DNA from: Utricularia gibba
Taxonomy: Eukaryota > Plantae > Magnoliophyta
Direction of reading: 5' to 3'
Length of the DNA: 64,000 bases
Assembly: GCA_002189035.1 (NCBI GenBank)
Contig: NEEC01000007.1
Coordinates: 2,542,001 to 2,606,000, forward strand
In this document: positions 36,543 to 51,384 of the stretch, piece by piece
Numbering within the stretch: the first letter of the stretch is position 1
Layout of the letters: every line of letters begins with the position of its first letter
Notes under the pieces: model-generated
Databases searched by the model: none
What the model saw: the letters and a program-made list of their open reading frames with translations, nothing else
Told to the model about the DNA's origin: nothing
Position numbers and translations under genes: made by a program

Positions 36543-39500
36543 TTAGTTGGAGGATGACTTTTCCTTCTTCCCAGCCAGAATCATGGAAATCTGGAGGCCT
36601 CTACTGAAAGCTTGGTTGAAGAGCAACCTCGTTTGGAACTCGGACACGAAGGGGAACCATGATAAAACGACGATAGGCATGAAAATAACGAGACCCATTA
36701 TCGCCTCATATGCTCTAGCTAGCTCCATTACTGAGCTCCATATTCCCACTCCCTGCAAACAAGGTCTGATTGCTTGGAATATCTGCAAAGAGGAGTGATC
36801 ACAGTTGATTGATTGGTTTCATAAGAAGATGAAATCTACTTGTGAATGTGGTCTAGGATTTACCAGAATCATGGCCCATCCTGTGGGCATGAAGGCCAAG
36901 ATGGAGGCGAAGATGTCGCTAACGGCGAGACCACAGACAACAAAGAGTACAGTCATAACGGATATGAACCCGAGGAACAGTAGAGCTTTCAGAATCCTGA
37001 ACATGAGCTGGAAATCCGTGCCAAACTTTCGTCTTCCCATTGAGACCATCTATAAATGCAAGGGTGTTGGTGCTAAGAAGACAATGTGAATCATTTGGTG
37101 CAGAGTGATGTACACTGAACTATGAAAAAGGGGGTACCTTCAAGACTAGAAGGGCAGTTAACATGACAAACCAAGATAGCCCATAGACCTGTAAAAGATA
37201 TATGGCACTAGTTATCAACCATTAACATGAATCAAAGACAATGAATTCAAAAGTAGACGGTTCCATAGGTCTTTACCAGAATATTCTTGCTATTCTGTGA
37301 TATCCTGAGGTGATAAACAATCCCATATTGGTAAATGAAAAACCGCAAACAAAGGATGATCTCAAGCAATCTGCCCCTGATATTGGTATACTTCAGGTGT
37401 TCCTGTTCTTCATTCCACCAAGATTCCCAGCTTTTGTCTGGTGAAATCCCAATGCCGCCACGGTTTCCCATCCACCTTTTCCAGTCTGCCCAATCATCAA
37501 CTGTTTTTTGCCACTCAAATCCGGATGGATTGAAGATAAAGGGTGCAAACAACCAGGAAGCCACAAGGTACCACATTGAGAATGTTATGAAGAAGTACAG
37601 AGTGGAGCCACGATAGGAGTGTCCATATACGTCGTATACAATTAAAAGTATAAGCAGTTCCAGCCCTTTTACGAAGTGGCTGCGAGAGTACATCCTGTAG
37701 TTATCTGCAAACTTGGCATGGAAGACAACAAAACCACGGCCTGTGGCACGATATTTTGAACCTCCATGTAGAATTGTTCTTCCATAGTAATGAGCTTTTG
37801 TTCCCAGCTGAAACGTAAAGAAGACAGAAGCCAGCTGCAGCTGCATCACAATAAAGTCACCAATAGCCTTTCCGAATCCCCTTTCAAGCCCTGTTTCCAT
37901 AACCATAGGTAACACAAGCAAAAAACCCAGCTGAAAAAATGACTGTGTAGCTAAGGCCTGCTCCAGGGCATTACTCTGACGAACAGATGGATCCTCTAAA
38001 ATCCGCCTCTCTAGTCCACTCAAGACCATATATAGTCGACCATATAGGAAGACATACACAGTGAGAACTGTGACCTGAAATAATTTCTACATTAATACCT
38101 CAAACATGGGTGGACTAAGGATGGGCCAGTGAACTCGAGAGAACTTTCTACTTTCTATTTCAAATATTCCACCAGAGAACTCAATAAATTTGCACAGAAT
38201 ACCATGGTCATAATATGCGAATGAATATGCAAGCCTGTAATCTGGATATACACTAACTTCCCTACATATCATAAAAGATAGAACATGTGTGCAAAATATG
38301 TAATAATGAAGGAACTAGGACAAGGACGCAAACGCACATACCATGCTGCTGAAGTAAAAGCCAACTGTGGTGAAGTAAAAAGACAACATCCTGTAGAAGT
38401 CAAATCTTCGTCCAAGACGAAATACATCTCGGCAAAGAGTTTGCTCTCCATTCCCATTAGCAACCTTTGCCTCAAACAAAGAAATCTGATTCATGCCAAC
38501 ATCTCGGCCCTTGCCTACTTGAATGTATTCATGATGTGTTACATAGCCCCTTCGAAGTGTTGAATTGTAACCTGAGAATGTAGTAACTCAATTAGATGAT
38601 AAAAAAGGTAAACGTATCCTGAGAAAAATGTTTCAAGTTGATTTTACCAGCAAATATGTCTTCACTCAGGTTGATTGTTTTTGATGCTTTACTTATTCCA
38701 CCTCTTGTAAGGTGAAAAATTCTGTCAAATATATCAGGGTGACCGTAATGGAACCTCACCCTGATACGAAGTTTGAAATATTAATGTGATTATCAAAAAA
38801 ATTGCTTGTCCTCAAAGAAAGGTGATGCTCCAGTGAGGCTATTTAATACTGGAAATTTACCTTAGTGGACTAGCCAATATTCTCTGGCCAATTGTCACAA
38901 AACTCGTCTCTTGGTTCGACATAAACCAAGCAAGAGAAGAAACACTATGGCCCAAGGAAAAGGTTAAGTAACAAGTTTTACGTTAGTTCCTTGAGAAAGA
39001 AGGTATTTGGCTAAGCCTTCTATAGAAGACTGCATACCTTCCAGTGAAAATATGCTCCCTCAATCCTAATATAGTGGGTCTTCGCCCTCCACGACGAGGC
39101 CTCTGAAATTCCTCCAAAACATTGCGCATCTTGAAGGCTTCCTCAAAATAATTATCCTGCAGAAAAAATTAAGATGTTAGTATCACATTACTATTGGACC
39201 CACAACAGGGAAGAAAAATGCAAAGCATCTGTTATCAGACTACTGCCAAATAGTCACCAACCTGATTCATATCTATGGTTTGCAAGGCTTCTCCTCGTGT
39301 AAAAATGATTGCATGATTTTGATTTTCAGGCTTCCCTTCACCAACTTGTGTAGGAGGACCAGGAAGTTTGATACGATATATTTCCTGGAATTTAAAGCAG
39401 ACATTGCACACTGACCTTACTATTGACAGGAGCCAGGATAATAACAAGTTTATTTTAGCTTAACAGCAAACCTCATCCAACTTGTCACCTCCCTTCACCA

Positions 39501-42500
39501 GCACAGAATAATGAACCTTCACAATTTTATCCTTCACAGTCCCATCTTTCACGGTCTCATCTTTCACAATCTCTTCCCTCTCATCTATATAAGCAACCCG
39601 CAGCGATGAATACCTTAAAGATTCATCAAGTATTGTGAAGATTCAGCCCGTTTGTTGAGGTGAAAAAAAAAGAGAGATCAATCTTGAGATGCATCTTACG
39701 TGCGCATTAGATTCAAAATATTGTTATAGATACTTCGCTCTTGGGAATCACTGGATTTCTTCTGTGCGCCATAGACCTGACAAGAAACCACATACGTGAA
39801 TTTGAGATCTGCTAATGCTCGTGCTCTTTCTTGGAGAATTCTGTAATCCCTGTGGTTAGCATCAATTGCTCTATATCCCTCGAAAATTGCTGCAGAGGCA
39901 GGAAAATACTTTCATGGAATTAGTGAATGAAACTGGAAAATGAAAGCTGGTGAAAAAACGCATATGTGAAACAACCATTATCATCAGCAAAATCCAGAAA
40001 GCATTGAAGCTCCAAGGCCTCTTTATAGTACATCATCCCTCTGACTGGTGCAGGAAAAAGAATGCATATTGTAAATAAGATGCATATACCATCAAAAAGA
40101 TCACATAGTCATGTATTTCACCTGTTCGTGCAAGGGTCTGACCCCTATAAGATACCCATTGACGGTCCAGTTCAGATCTGTCCTTGTCAGCATAGCCAAG
40201 TTTGGGATCGCGGATCCGCTCCTCATAATTTTTCCATTCATCTGTAAGGAAAAAATGGTATTTTAGGACTTCAATATCCTGAGGATATGATTCATCTTAC
40301 ACCCAAAAAAAAAAAAGAAGTCTCACCAGGATATATTTTCTGAAGATAAAATAGGATTGTAATTCCATCTTCATTTTCCCTGTTAAGTTCCTCTGTTGAA
40401 TACAGAACTGGTTCTTTGTAGTATGGCGTCAAAACACTGAAACACAGAAGGATGTTTCTTACTTTGCTATAAAGCTTGGCATTATTACATGTATCTTTCA
40501 GAAAACACATTTAAAATCTGGTGAAAAAAGTGAATAGAAAATTTGACATATTGAACGGAAATAAGAATCAGATAAGAAATTACCTAAAAGAGAGCATATT
40601 ACGAACTTTCGGGGCACTAGGCATGATCATAAATAAAGAGTTGGCAAAAAAAGTAATCCGGCGCCTTGCATCTATATTCACAGGGACATTGATTGCAGAT
40701 TCTTTCACAGTTAAGAGCAGATGAAGCCTGACAACCTGAGAAATAAGATTCAACACACAATGAAGCTATAGAAACAGAAGAAGAAAACATGAACAAGGAA
40801 ATTTGAGAGTTATTTCATACCTTTTCCATCCAAGAGCTACTCTGGAGGAGATCAATCCTCACTTGTTCAAACCTTTGCTGTTTTCTTGCATCATTAGTGA
40901 TTTTCAATACCCTAAAAGCGGAAAAATCAATGATTTATTGATATTTGAACATATAAGGACTACAGAAATAAGCTAAGAAATATTAGTGGTACATACACTG
41001 GACCACTAATCATTACATCTTGAATTATTATCTCCATGATATCCTGAAGCCTCTTAATTATCTGAAGCCGATACGCCTGCTGGTCTTCATAGTCAGCCAT
41101 CTGCCAAGCGAAATAAAGAGCAATAGCATCATAGAAAGTACAGAGAAATATACTGTAATCAGAAGTTTGATTTACAGACAAAACATACAAGAAGGCTTAA
41201 AAACTTGTCCAATTCATCACTTAGAGGAGGTAACCCCGTCATATTGAACCCCTTCAAGAATCTTCGCTGTTCTATGCTGCCTTCCACTTCTTGGCATATT
41301 TGCCAAACCAGTCTGACATGTGAAAAATGTTTGATGAGGGAAGTCGCACAACAGAATTACAGGTTTTCCGTAGTCCAAAGGAAAGAAACTAGCCTTCCAG
41401 TTTGAATGCTAAAGGTTAATCTAACCAGAGGTTGTTCTTACTTTCTGTCTTCATCATCTAAAAGCAGGTCACGGAGCAAATCCCTAAGGGTCTGATAGCA
41501 CTCAATTACCGCAAAATACATAAAATCATCATATTTAATTTTTCTGAAGAGTTCGTCATCTTCCGCCTCAGTGAAATCTTTTGCCATGTCCAATGCAATT
41601 GGAATCTAAATGCAGTAAAGAGATAATGAGACATAAAACGAAGCACATATGCAGGTAAAGCTGGAAAATAGGTATATTTAAACCTTGCTGGCAAGCAAGA
41701 AAGGTGGCCATTGGACAACAGATACATCACTTGATGAATATGGAACGAGTAGTAGATCTTTCTCCCTGTATAATTATTTCAATGGAAAACGCTCAACTTG
41801 GTAAATCAATAGTATGCTTCTCATATCTAATTCATAGATCTAGATCAGATTAAGGAAATAGGCCCCTAGGTATTGGCTGATAAAACTAACCTATGGCTTA
41901 TCAAATCCTCATTTCTCAAAGATAATATGAACTCATTCCACATTTGGGAGAACTTGGCAATCTTGATTCTATCCAAGGGATCATCCTGAAAAATAGTTAA
42001 GGTGAGATAGTAAAGTTAACAGTGTCTCTAAATGAGGACATGGCTGAAAAATATTTCAGGCATCAAAATTGGGCAGAAAAATAAGGATAACACAGTACCT
42101 CCTCATGTCTAATTTCACCTTTTGAGTATGGAACAAGACGCCTACTGAAAGCTCTTGGAACAGACTCAAACCGTGCCCTTAAGATACCAAGTGATCTTAT
42201 CTACAATTACAGCACCGGCACAAGACTGAATCAGAAAATACTACTAAATCTAATCTATATAAACCAAGGGCAGGGAAATCACTAACTTCGCCAAGGTGGC
42301 TGAATGCGCCATAGATTCCACCAACTACAGTTGAGAAGATAGCATACCATATTTGTGTATCCATGTAATAGACCTGGATGCACACTCTACTTTAATGGGT
42401 GAAAATCAATATGTTACAAGTGACATTTCACATTGATTTCAATGTATTTTACCAGAACAATTGGAGCCCATACTGCAATAAGGACACCAATATTATGAGA

Positions 42501-45500
42501 AGCTGCATGAATTCAAGTGAAAACGATTAGCCTTAGACTAAAAAGGGAAGTTCTGTGAACAATAATATTTTACCATTTGGAAAGAATTCATGCCAATCAT
42601 AGCCACTGACTCTGAGGTTCATGATGGTCTGAGTTGGTTGAATCAGTGGCAATATCTGGTTAAATTTCAATAAGAGGAAAAGGTAAATTAATAACTAATG
42701 GACTAAGCAAACAATATTCTCCATAAGAAAATGTATGAAAATTAAAAAAAAAAATTCTTACTTCAACATAGTAGCTGAAAGCCAGTTTGCAAATTAAAAG
42801 GGTTATCCAGAAAAGTGTGTATCTGTGTAAGCAGAAGGGTTAATAAGTATGGGTTTAAAAAATGGTTATACTGCAGTAAGGATGGGTTTTGTCCTACTTC
42901 AGAAGTGAAAATACGTCTTCGTGCATTCCTCTTCCAACATACTGTTTTGGCTACAATCCAGGAAATATTAACCAAGAATTACTAAGACATTCAGAACCAA
43001 GTAAAAATGATAATTACCTACCTGTGCCCACCACATTATTAGTATAATAATTCTCCAGTTTGAGCGCTCTAAAGATCTCTTCAGATAAGGAAACAGAAAC
43101 AACACAGACCCAAGTACATTGGGCACCAAATAAATAGCAATGCAATAGTAATATAGGGGCTGTCTCTGCCAGTCAGCCCCTAAACTATTGAGGAATCTCA
43201 GTATCCCACTGGGGTTTGGAACAGCTCGAGAATAAGTTATAGGCAAGACTACTACCCAGAATGCAGCAAATGCAAATTTGAGAATATACCGGAGCATTTG
43301 ACTAAGTTTCAGGTTTCTCCAAGCATTATATAGGAGAAATATGTCGAGTACCGCTGTGCATTCAAGGATAAAAACTTAGAATCTCTTTGTCACTCAAATT
43401 CCACACAGGTAAAAATCTGACTAATTAGTCAGGAAACTGGCGGATGATTGATAACAAATGACAAGGTCAAAAGCATTAAAGAGCAGAACAAAGAAAAATG
43501 CAAACATTGGTAGGAAAGAAGGTTCAAATAAACAGTAAGATACCTCGCCATAAGTTCATTATTGCAGCCGTAATGAAAATGCTCAGAACATCACGAACCA
43601 CATTAGTGTCAAAAGGAGGTCTTGAGTATATGCTTTGATTCCATGCAATAATTACCATCGCCTGATATGAAGTCCATAACAAGATACATGTCAATCAGAA
43701 AATAAACAAATATAATGAATTCCATAAGAAAAATCAAATGCTTAATGGTCCTTTTGAACCAGTTCCATGCATAAGAAAACAAAAATGGGAACAAAAGATC
43801 ATGAAGCTTCACCAAAAAACGTCTTGTATCCATAAGAAATATAGCATTATAATGCACCTGTAGAGTCATTGTAAAAAAAATCCACAATCTGTCAAAGCTC
43901 CTGTAAAGGTGCCAAAATGTGCGGACTTCAACAAAATTTGTCTTGGGTTTTCTTTTACCCACAGGCTGTTTCATTCCCTGTAATGATGTCCATATTGAGA
44001 CAAATACCAAAAGGAAAAGATATACAAGTACCATAGGTATCCGATGAGAATGTTCTACAGAACCAACAGTTTATTCATCAACAATCAGCAAAAACTTAAT
44101 TTAGTTAAGCAATTCAGTTTTAGAGAAAAAAAAATCTAGGAGTTTCGAAAATTGTCTAATTTGACTGCAACAGGGAAGTCTCATGAGTCATTTCACTCCT
44201 TACTCTGACTTGGCTGCTCTCACGAAAGCATATTGTCAAGTAGGCAGAAAAATGGTGCTACTCTCGACTGGAAATTGGTTAAAAGATATGCACTATTCAA
44301 GAAAGAAAAATATGCATTACAGAGGACACTGTACTACAAAGCGTTAATAAAACAAGACTGAGGTTTCCAATAGATAAAATGTCACTTGCCCGTCTTTTTG
44401 GCATTGTCACAGTCGAGTGAACAAAAAAATCAGAATCTTTATTCCATGGCCACTCCAACTTCAAACATTTCTTATTCCTGAAAATGAAGAAGAAAAGGCT
44501 AGAAATCATACATAATAGATGGAAAAAAATACGAACTCTGAAAGATACCTTGTTCAGTAAAAAAAAAAGACAGTTTCTATAGATGCACTAACCAAAAGTA
44601 CTCATTTAGATCATCATAATTTCTCCATTCTGAATGGCTTGCTTTGCCACCATTGTTTCTTCTAACTTCCTTGGAAATATAAGAAAGTGACTCAGATAAA
44701 TAATATAAAAATGAAAAAAACTCTGAAGTTAAGCAAGGAAATCAGAAACGTACTTTTCTCATAACATCATAAACTGGCACCACAACATCCCTCAGGAATG
44801 ACTCTTCACTTGCAGCACTTATATGTGTACGTCCAGAAGCATGTTGAGCATTACGGTACAGAGTCTCATACATCTCATATGCCATCTAAAATGCAATAGT
44901 GATGTTAATGGATCCAGAAAAATTTCAACAACTTTCTGGAACAAGCAAGTGACTGTGCAATGAATGAACGGAATTTCTGGAACTTCTTGTAACACTTTCC
45001 AAGAAAGAACAAGCTTACCATTTGATATGCTTGCAGGAAAAAAAACAAGCATTCAAAAGAAACTTTGTTTATGCAACAACTAGACTTGTGTATGAGTTTC
45101 CATAACCAAATGACTTGTTCCCAATGTGCAAAGGAAATCTAGCTTTCTCAGAGTAATATAATACTTTGATTCAAGGAAACATACACGGTGAAATATATAG
45201 CATATGCATTCAGGCATGAATCGGATATTTGAGGCTTCACCCCAGATAAGAAGATAAAGTCCAGTGTAGAGAAGCTGTGACTGCTGCCTCCTTTCACCCC
45301 ATGGACATCTTCAAGAAACATGGAGCCCACATTTAATATAAATGCACATAAAAAAGCATGTAACTGCCAATCAGAATTTTCAGTATAAGCATAATAAGTG
45401 TACATACTCCAAATTTTGTGAAATGTGCAAGTATTTGCACCATAACTTGTAATTCTTAAATATCTTTTCCATCAACTCCTGAACTGTGCTGCTATCCAAC

Positions 45501-47434
45501 TGCATACGAATGATTCAAGTGACAGGAACTTTTTGGGAAACGAGAAAGCATTACACTGTGTCATTTTAGTAAGAAACCACAGAACACTCACAAGCTCATA
45601 ATTCTCCTGAAGATTCTTGCTCCTGACGTCCATATTGGCAATAAGCAATATTAAATGCTCTCGTTGATTTGCTGCATTTCCTTTCTTCATCATCAGCATC
45701 AGAATAGAAGTGTTACAACTTATCTGAGCGTTTTTGTGATGACAACTAAAATAGAGAAACTGAAATAATAGCATCATGTGCTAACTATGCCATAACAGGT
45801 GGCTGCTAGTTTTTGCCGCTTAGCAGTTAAGCAAACTAATAAAAAATATGATAATATGACTAAACCAAAAACGTTCTTGCTAGTTTTACGAGAAATCACT
45901 AGAGTACTCAACCTTACCTGGAAACCAAAGCGCAAAGCAAGCCACTCAACAATATCATTCACTGGTCTCGGCTGTCCTTCACGCATTTTAATCATGGGAA
46001 GACTATCTACATCACAAATTGCTCGAAGGGCTGCCTTTATCTGATCATCATAGAAATAGATATAAAAAAAAGAGAGAACAGTTAGGATAAAATCTGAAGT
46101 AGATCTGCACATGACTTGCAACTCAGTGTATTTTTTATACACCAACCTCAGGGAGTTCCATAATAGCTGGTTTAACTCCAACAGCATATAAGGGCAGAAT
46201 ATTGTAATGCTCATACTGCCCCCTTTTCTCTTCAACATCACTGGCATATCTCTGAGTCTGCATTATTATGAGTATAGAATGCAGTCACTACTCAGTCCGT
46301 AGGAATAGATAGACTACATATGAATGCTCTATAAAAATAAAATAAATGAAACCTCAGGATCAATTTTTTTTTCAGGAACAACTGTCCTCAGAACATCATA
46401 GAGCACAGTAGCAAATTGACATATCTTGACCATTTCCTCTCTGTCCGAACAAATACACAGGTGTTAGATTTATATCATAATATATAAGAGAGGTGATTGC
46501 ATTCTTGAAAAGGAAACGAAACCAAGATGAAGAAGCATTACGGTTTTTTCTTATGCTGACCATGCAAAATATTTTTCACATAAAACATCTGATAATATTT
46601 TTGAATTTCCTGGGGATCAGTTTTTGTAAGAATAGGCTTTGTATGTTCTTCTTCCTGCACCAATTGAAATTCAATCATGAGCAAGCTACATTGTAAACCC
46701 TTCAGTATTTTAAGGAGAAAAAGTAAACGGCCACTACCCGCGGAACACAACATATGCTGATAAATATAGTGTCACAACAAAACCCACATCGTCATACCTA
46801 CCCTTTCAAGTCTATGCAGCAGATATGTCTTGAACTGACGGACACCTCGGCCACTGGATGTTGGGTCCATCCGATGAGCCTTCTCAAATGCATGGAAACG
46901 ACCTAGTTAATTGGGGGAAAACGTGAGAAGCAAAAACACAGCAACTGATAGAATAAGAAAAGATACTTAAGGGATCATTTCTAAAGGTATTCAGTTGCGA
47001 AAAGATCATGCATCAGAGATGACAAGTAAAAATCACAAAAGCTAATCTAGACTGACTGCTCCGACCACAGAAGTCATATGATTTCGTAATGTCTAGTATA
47101 ACCCATCAGCAACTAGAAGTTAAGCCACCAGCTTAGCAAGCAAATGTGAGACACCTCCCATAATACCAAGGAAAACACTATCTATAAACATTGCAAATAA
47201 AGCGGCTCAGAAAAATATGATATTCTCACATAAATAAGCAACTCGAGGATTCTCAATCTCGACTTCGTTTGCCACTCTCAGAATGGGAGCAATTAATGCC
47301 AAAGAATCAGGCACTTGCTCGCTATCCACCGCAGGAGTATCATCTGCAGGGTCCACCATTGTGGCTACTCTTGACAGTCTAGAGAACGATCTTGGAGGCC
47401 CCCCATCATCCATAGTCCCACTTGAACTCGCCAT
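36543..47434 (-). CDS. CALS7: Callose synthase, CalS7/GSL7 type (phloem clade)
   Basis: Starts MASSSG...[11 protein letters not shown]...RVAYLC. Motifs [111 protein letters not shown]. About 40 exons, not all checked. Confidence 0.95.
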
Positions 47435-49776
47435 GTCAACAACGATATCCCTATTCAACAACAAAGCAGCGTTGCTACTCCTCGTCCACTCTTACTGCCC
47501 GATGTTCTCCAACACAGCTTCATCAGGAAAAAAACAAAAGCCCGCATGCATATAATACACAACAAGAGTAAATCGTACAACAAGATTCGTTGGTGAAAAT
47601 GGGAAGCAACCCAAGTTTTTTCCTTTATATTTTTTTACTTTTGAGATTTCTCCGAGGCGAAGAAAAGAATGTTAAGTGGACTTGGATAATCCGTGTCCTA
47701 CCTCAATGATCTGCTGCTTTTCCCATAGTTTTGCTTTACAGCAAGGAAGTGGAGTCCCCATTGAACGGATTTGAGACGCTTTTCGTCTCTGGGGTATTAC
47801 TTTGTGATTCTTTAGTGCCAAACTCTGAACCCACTTCGCTTTGCTTTCCGCCATGGGCGAAGATACCTTTGACGACGACCTCAAGTTCCCCACCTTCACA
47901 AATGTTGGAAATGTATTGAAAGAATTCATGTCTGGGAAATAAAATATTTCTCCCTATCGCTACTCCCCTCCACGGCTAATGTACCCGCTGCGGGCGTTTC
48001 TCCCAATCGCTACCACAATTTCATCCAAATCCATTCCCAGCGCAGCGCCACCAGGCGCGGCAGATGGCAGAGTGTAGACAACTTCTGCAACTACCTTAAC
48101 AGATGAATCCTTAGATCATTCACTTTATAAACCCACCTATGCATGTAAACACTTTCGCCTTCAGCGAATCTAGCCGTTGGTGGTAGGTCCGGATTTCAGT
48201 AAGCTTCCAGTGGCAGGAGAGATCAACTCAACGACCCATTCTCTGCAGAAAAATCAACAACCCTTGCTCTGGATTGTTTAGGACGAATTACCTTTTACAA
48301 AATCTGCAGAATCGTTTTGCGTAACAACTCTGCCATACTGGAATTTCCCATCGGTAAAATGATTCCTTTTGTGCTTACCTGTATTAGCCGTTAAAACGAC
48401 CACATAAATCAGATGTCTTTAAGCAATTTCAAACGGCATTATTCACATTCAACGCCACCCATGTAGTGGGTAGCGAGGAGAAAGATAAAATTCAGGGAAT
48501 GATGTTTGAGGGTATGCTTGAGGTTCCACCATTGAAGAGCTATGATGCCTAATTGCTTCTCTTTCAAAGACCTAACTTTTGTATAAATTCTATGTGGGAT
48601 GATGGGAACATTTCAGTTTTCATTTATCATGCAGTGCAGGAAACGATTTCGTTTATATACCGTCTTGCTTCATCTGTCAAACACTTTCATTGCCAAACCA
48701 GCTCATTTTCAAAACTTCGGTCTTTGCATGAATGCTTCAACCTCTCCGGTTCAGAGGCACTCCTGATTTATTTGCCCAGTCATCTGTGCCAGCCGAGCCC
48801 TCTCTCTCAAGCTGCCCTTTGATTGCTGCTTTATTCACGTCTCAAGGACGAAGACCTAGGGAACTGAATCGAAAGCAAGTAGTAAAGGTCAGTTTTTTTC
48901 TTTCTCCTGGATCAGTATCTGTTCGCATCTGTACTTCTTTTTTGCTTGGCTGCGAACCCATACGTTTTCTTCATTTACAGTGTCCCAACAAACAGAGAGA
49001 ATTTAGAGGCGAAGTGGAGGATATTGATCGATCATGCTCAACACAACAGCCTTGCTCGGCTTCTTGGCTATCGGATCGACGGAGTTCACAGGTGATAATA
49101 ATGTATCCTTCGCAAAACAATCAGCTTCAGGAATCCAGTCCTAGTGCGAAGAAGGCACCTTCTGTCAATTCTCACGTCAATAATTGGTGTAGAGCCCGTC
49201 GTCTTTCTGATGGGAAGTGATTCAGCAGATGGGTCTTCAGCTAGAAGTAGAACGCCGGCCTGACTTGTTCTTCCGGGTTCTCGGGGACTACGCGCGCGCT
49301 ATGTTAAATACATATTAATTATATATTAATTAATATGATAGTAAAATATAATATATTTTTATTTAAAATAGTTTTTTATTGACTATAGTACGTGAGTATT
49401 ATATTAACATTATATACGTAACTATATATTTAACTATACTAATTTGCATAAAATAAATAATAAATATTTTTTTATTAAATAACATACTTTACAAAACATA
49501 ATTCATATTTTTTTCAAATCAATTATTTTTGTATACATTACTTGAAATTATATTTGATATCAAATAAATTAAAATGTCCTAGTAAACAAATTTTAAGGGT
49601 TTTCTGGAATGTTATCGTTTCTAATTAACCCCCCAAAAGCTGACTTGTGAGTAGGTAAGCTTTTTCACTTCTTCCTTTTACTATTTTCACTGCGCTTTTA
49701 TTTACTTTTACCCTGGGCGGTGCTCTCTTTATTTAGTTTACCCGGCGCATACTTCTTCCCCACCAACTGAAACAGC

Positions 49777-50605
49777 ATGGCGTCTTTTGCTTTCACTTTC
49801 TTCCTCCTCTCGGCGCCCTTCCTCCTCACGGGGGTTACTCACGGCGGCCCTCTCACTATCACCCTCGTCAACAACTGTCCCTTCACAATCTGGCCGGCCA
49901 TCCAGTCCAATGCCGGCCATATCACCCTCGAGCGCGGCGGCTTCCCTCTCTCCAGCCTCACCCATCGCTCATTCCCGGCCCCGGATGCCCACTGGTCCGG
50001 CCGCATCTGGGCCCGCACCGGGTGTACTCACGACGGTCGCACATTCTCCTGCATCACCGGCGACTGCAACCGCCGCCTCGAGTGCGATGGCGTCGGCGCC
50101 TCCCCGCCGGCAACCTTAGCCCAGTTCTCTCTCCACCACGGTCACGCCGATTTCTCCTCCTACAGCGTCAGCCTTGTCGACGGCTTCAACCTTCCCATGA
50201 CCGTCACTCCTCACGAAGGCAGGGGCCAGTGCCCGGTTGTCGGCTGCCGCGCAGATTTGCTCAAAACCTGCCCACCCCATCTACAGGTCCCTTACATACA
50301 CCCCACAGTTCTCTGAAATTTGTTTCAAAACACCTCTCACGCTTTTCGACTTCTTTACATGTCTTGGGTGGCAGTTGAGGACCCGCGGAGAGGTTGTCGG
50401 GTGCAAGAGCGGGTGCGCCGCGTTCGGTTCCGATGAGCTTTGCTGCAGGAACGAGTTCAACAGTCCGGCGAGATGCAGGGCGTCGAGTTACTCGGAGTTT
50501 TTCAAGCACGCTTGCCCGGCCACCTTCACTTATGCGCATGATACGCCGTCCCTGACGCACGAATGCTCTTCCCCGAGAGAGCTCAAGGTCATTTTCTGCC
50601 ACTGA
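49777..50605 (+). CDS. Osmotin/thaumatin-like protein (PR-5 family) with signal peptide
   Basis: Exons 49777-50286 and 50375-50605. Motifs LTITLVNNCPFTIWPAIQ, WSGRIWARTGC, YSVSLVDGFNLPMTVTP, CKSGC, HECSSPRELKVIFCH*. Resembles the At2g28790-type clade from memory. Confidence 0.93.
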
Positions 50606-50840
50606 AGTCGCTCTTTCTGTGTCTGCGGTTTGTTGTTGTAGTAGGCTGGTTCCCTCCCCGGTGGCGATGAATAAATCCTTGATTTCTTCAAGGACAAGGA
50701 TGGAAATCAAATGAGAATTCCATTTCAGAGTCTCAATCGGCTTCTGCTTCCGTTAGGAAGCTCACTTTAAACATGACACGAAACAACACCCAGTATAACA
50801 GAGAGAAACTTGAAATTGTGATATGTTCCTAAAAAAAAAC

Positions 50841-50870
50841 AGAGAGAGAGAGAGACTGAGAGAGCGAGAG
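50841..50870. repeat. Interrupted (AG)n microsatellite 3' of the TLP gene
   Basis: Read directly from the sequence. Confidence 0.85.
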
Positions 50871-51384
50871 ATCTTATCCATGTCTTGATTTTCGGATGAG
50901 ATTTCCCCAGAGAAAGATGCAGCTTTTGGGACCCCGTAGCAGCCTTTTTCCATTCCATTTTTCAGAACTTTGGACTGTTATGATGAGGCCGTGTAACAAG
51001 AAATACTTGCCAACATTCAAATATTCTTTCTAGGCCATCGTTACGAAGCCTAGGCCCATCGTTTCCGGCCCAATTGCAACATCGAACCACGAAGCCCTAA
51101 TCGCGTTGGAGTTGACTTCATGCTGTCATGTACGGATCATCTCAACACTGTCACAGTAAATACAGCCTGAAAATTCAATTGCTAGTTTGGCCTCACAAGC
51201 ACACTTCTTGATGACTACATGCCAACACGAATACCGAGCACACAGAAGGAAAACCGCACAGACAAACAGAACCACACCACACTGGTCGAGGCTTCCCCGC
51301 GGTAGCAGCTTCCTTACTTATCTGAGAAGCACCGCACACAAAGCACAACTTCATTCACGAGTCTCCGGCACAGACATTGAATAG

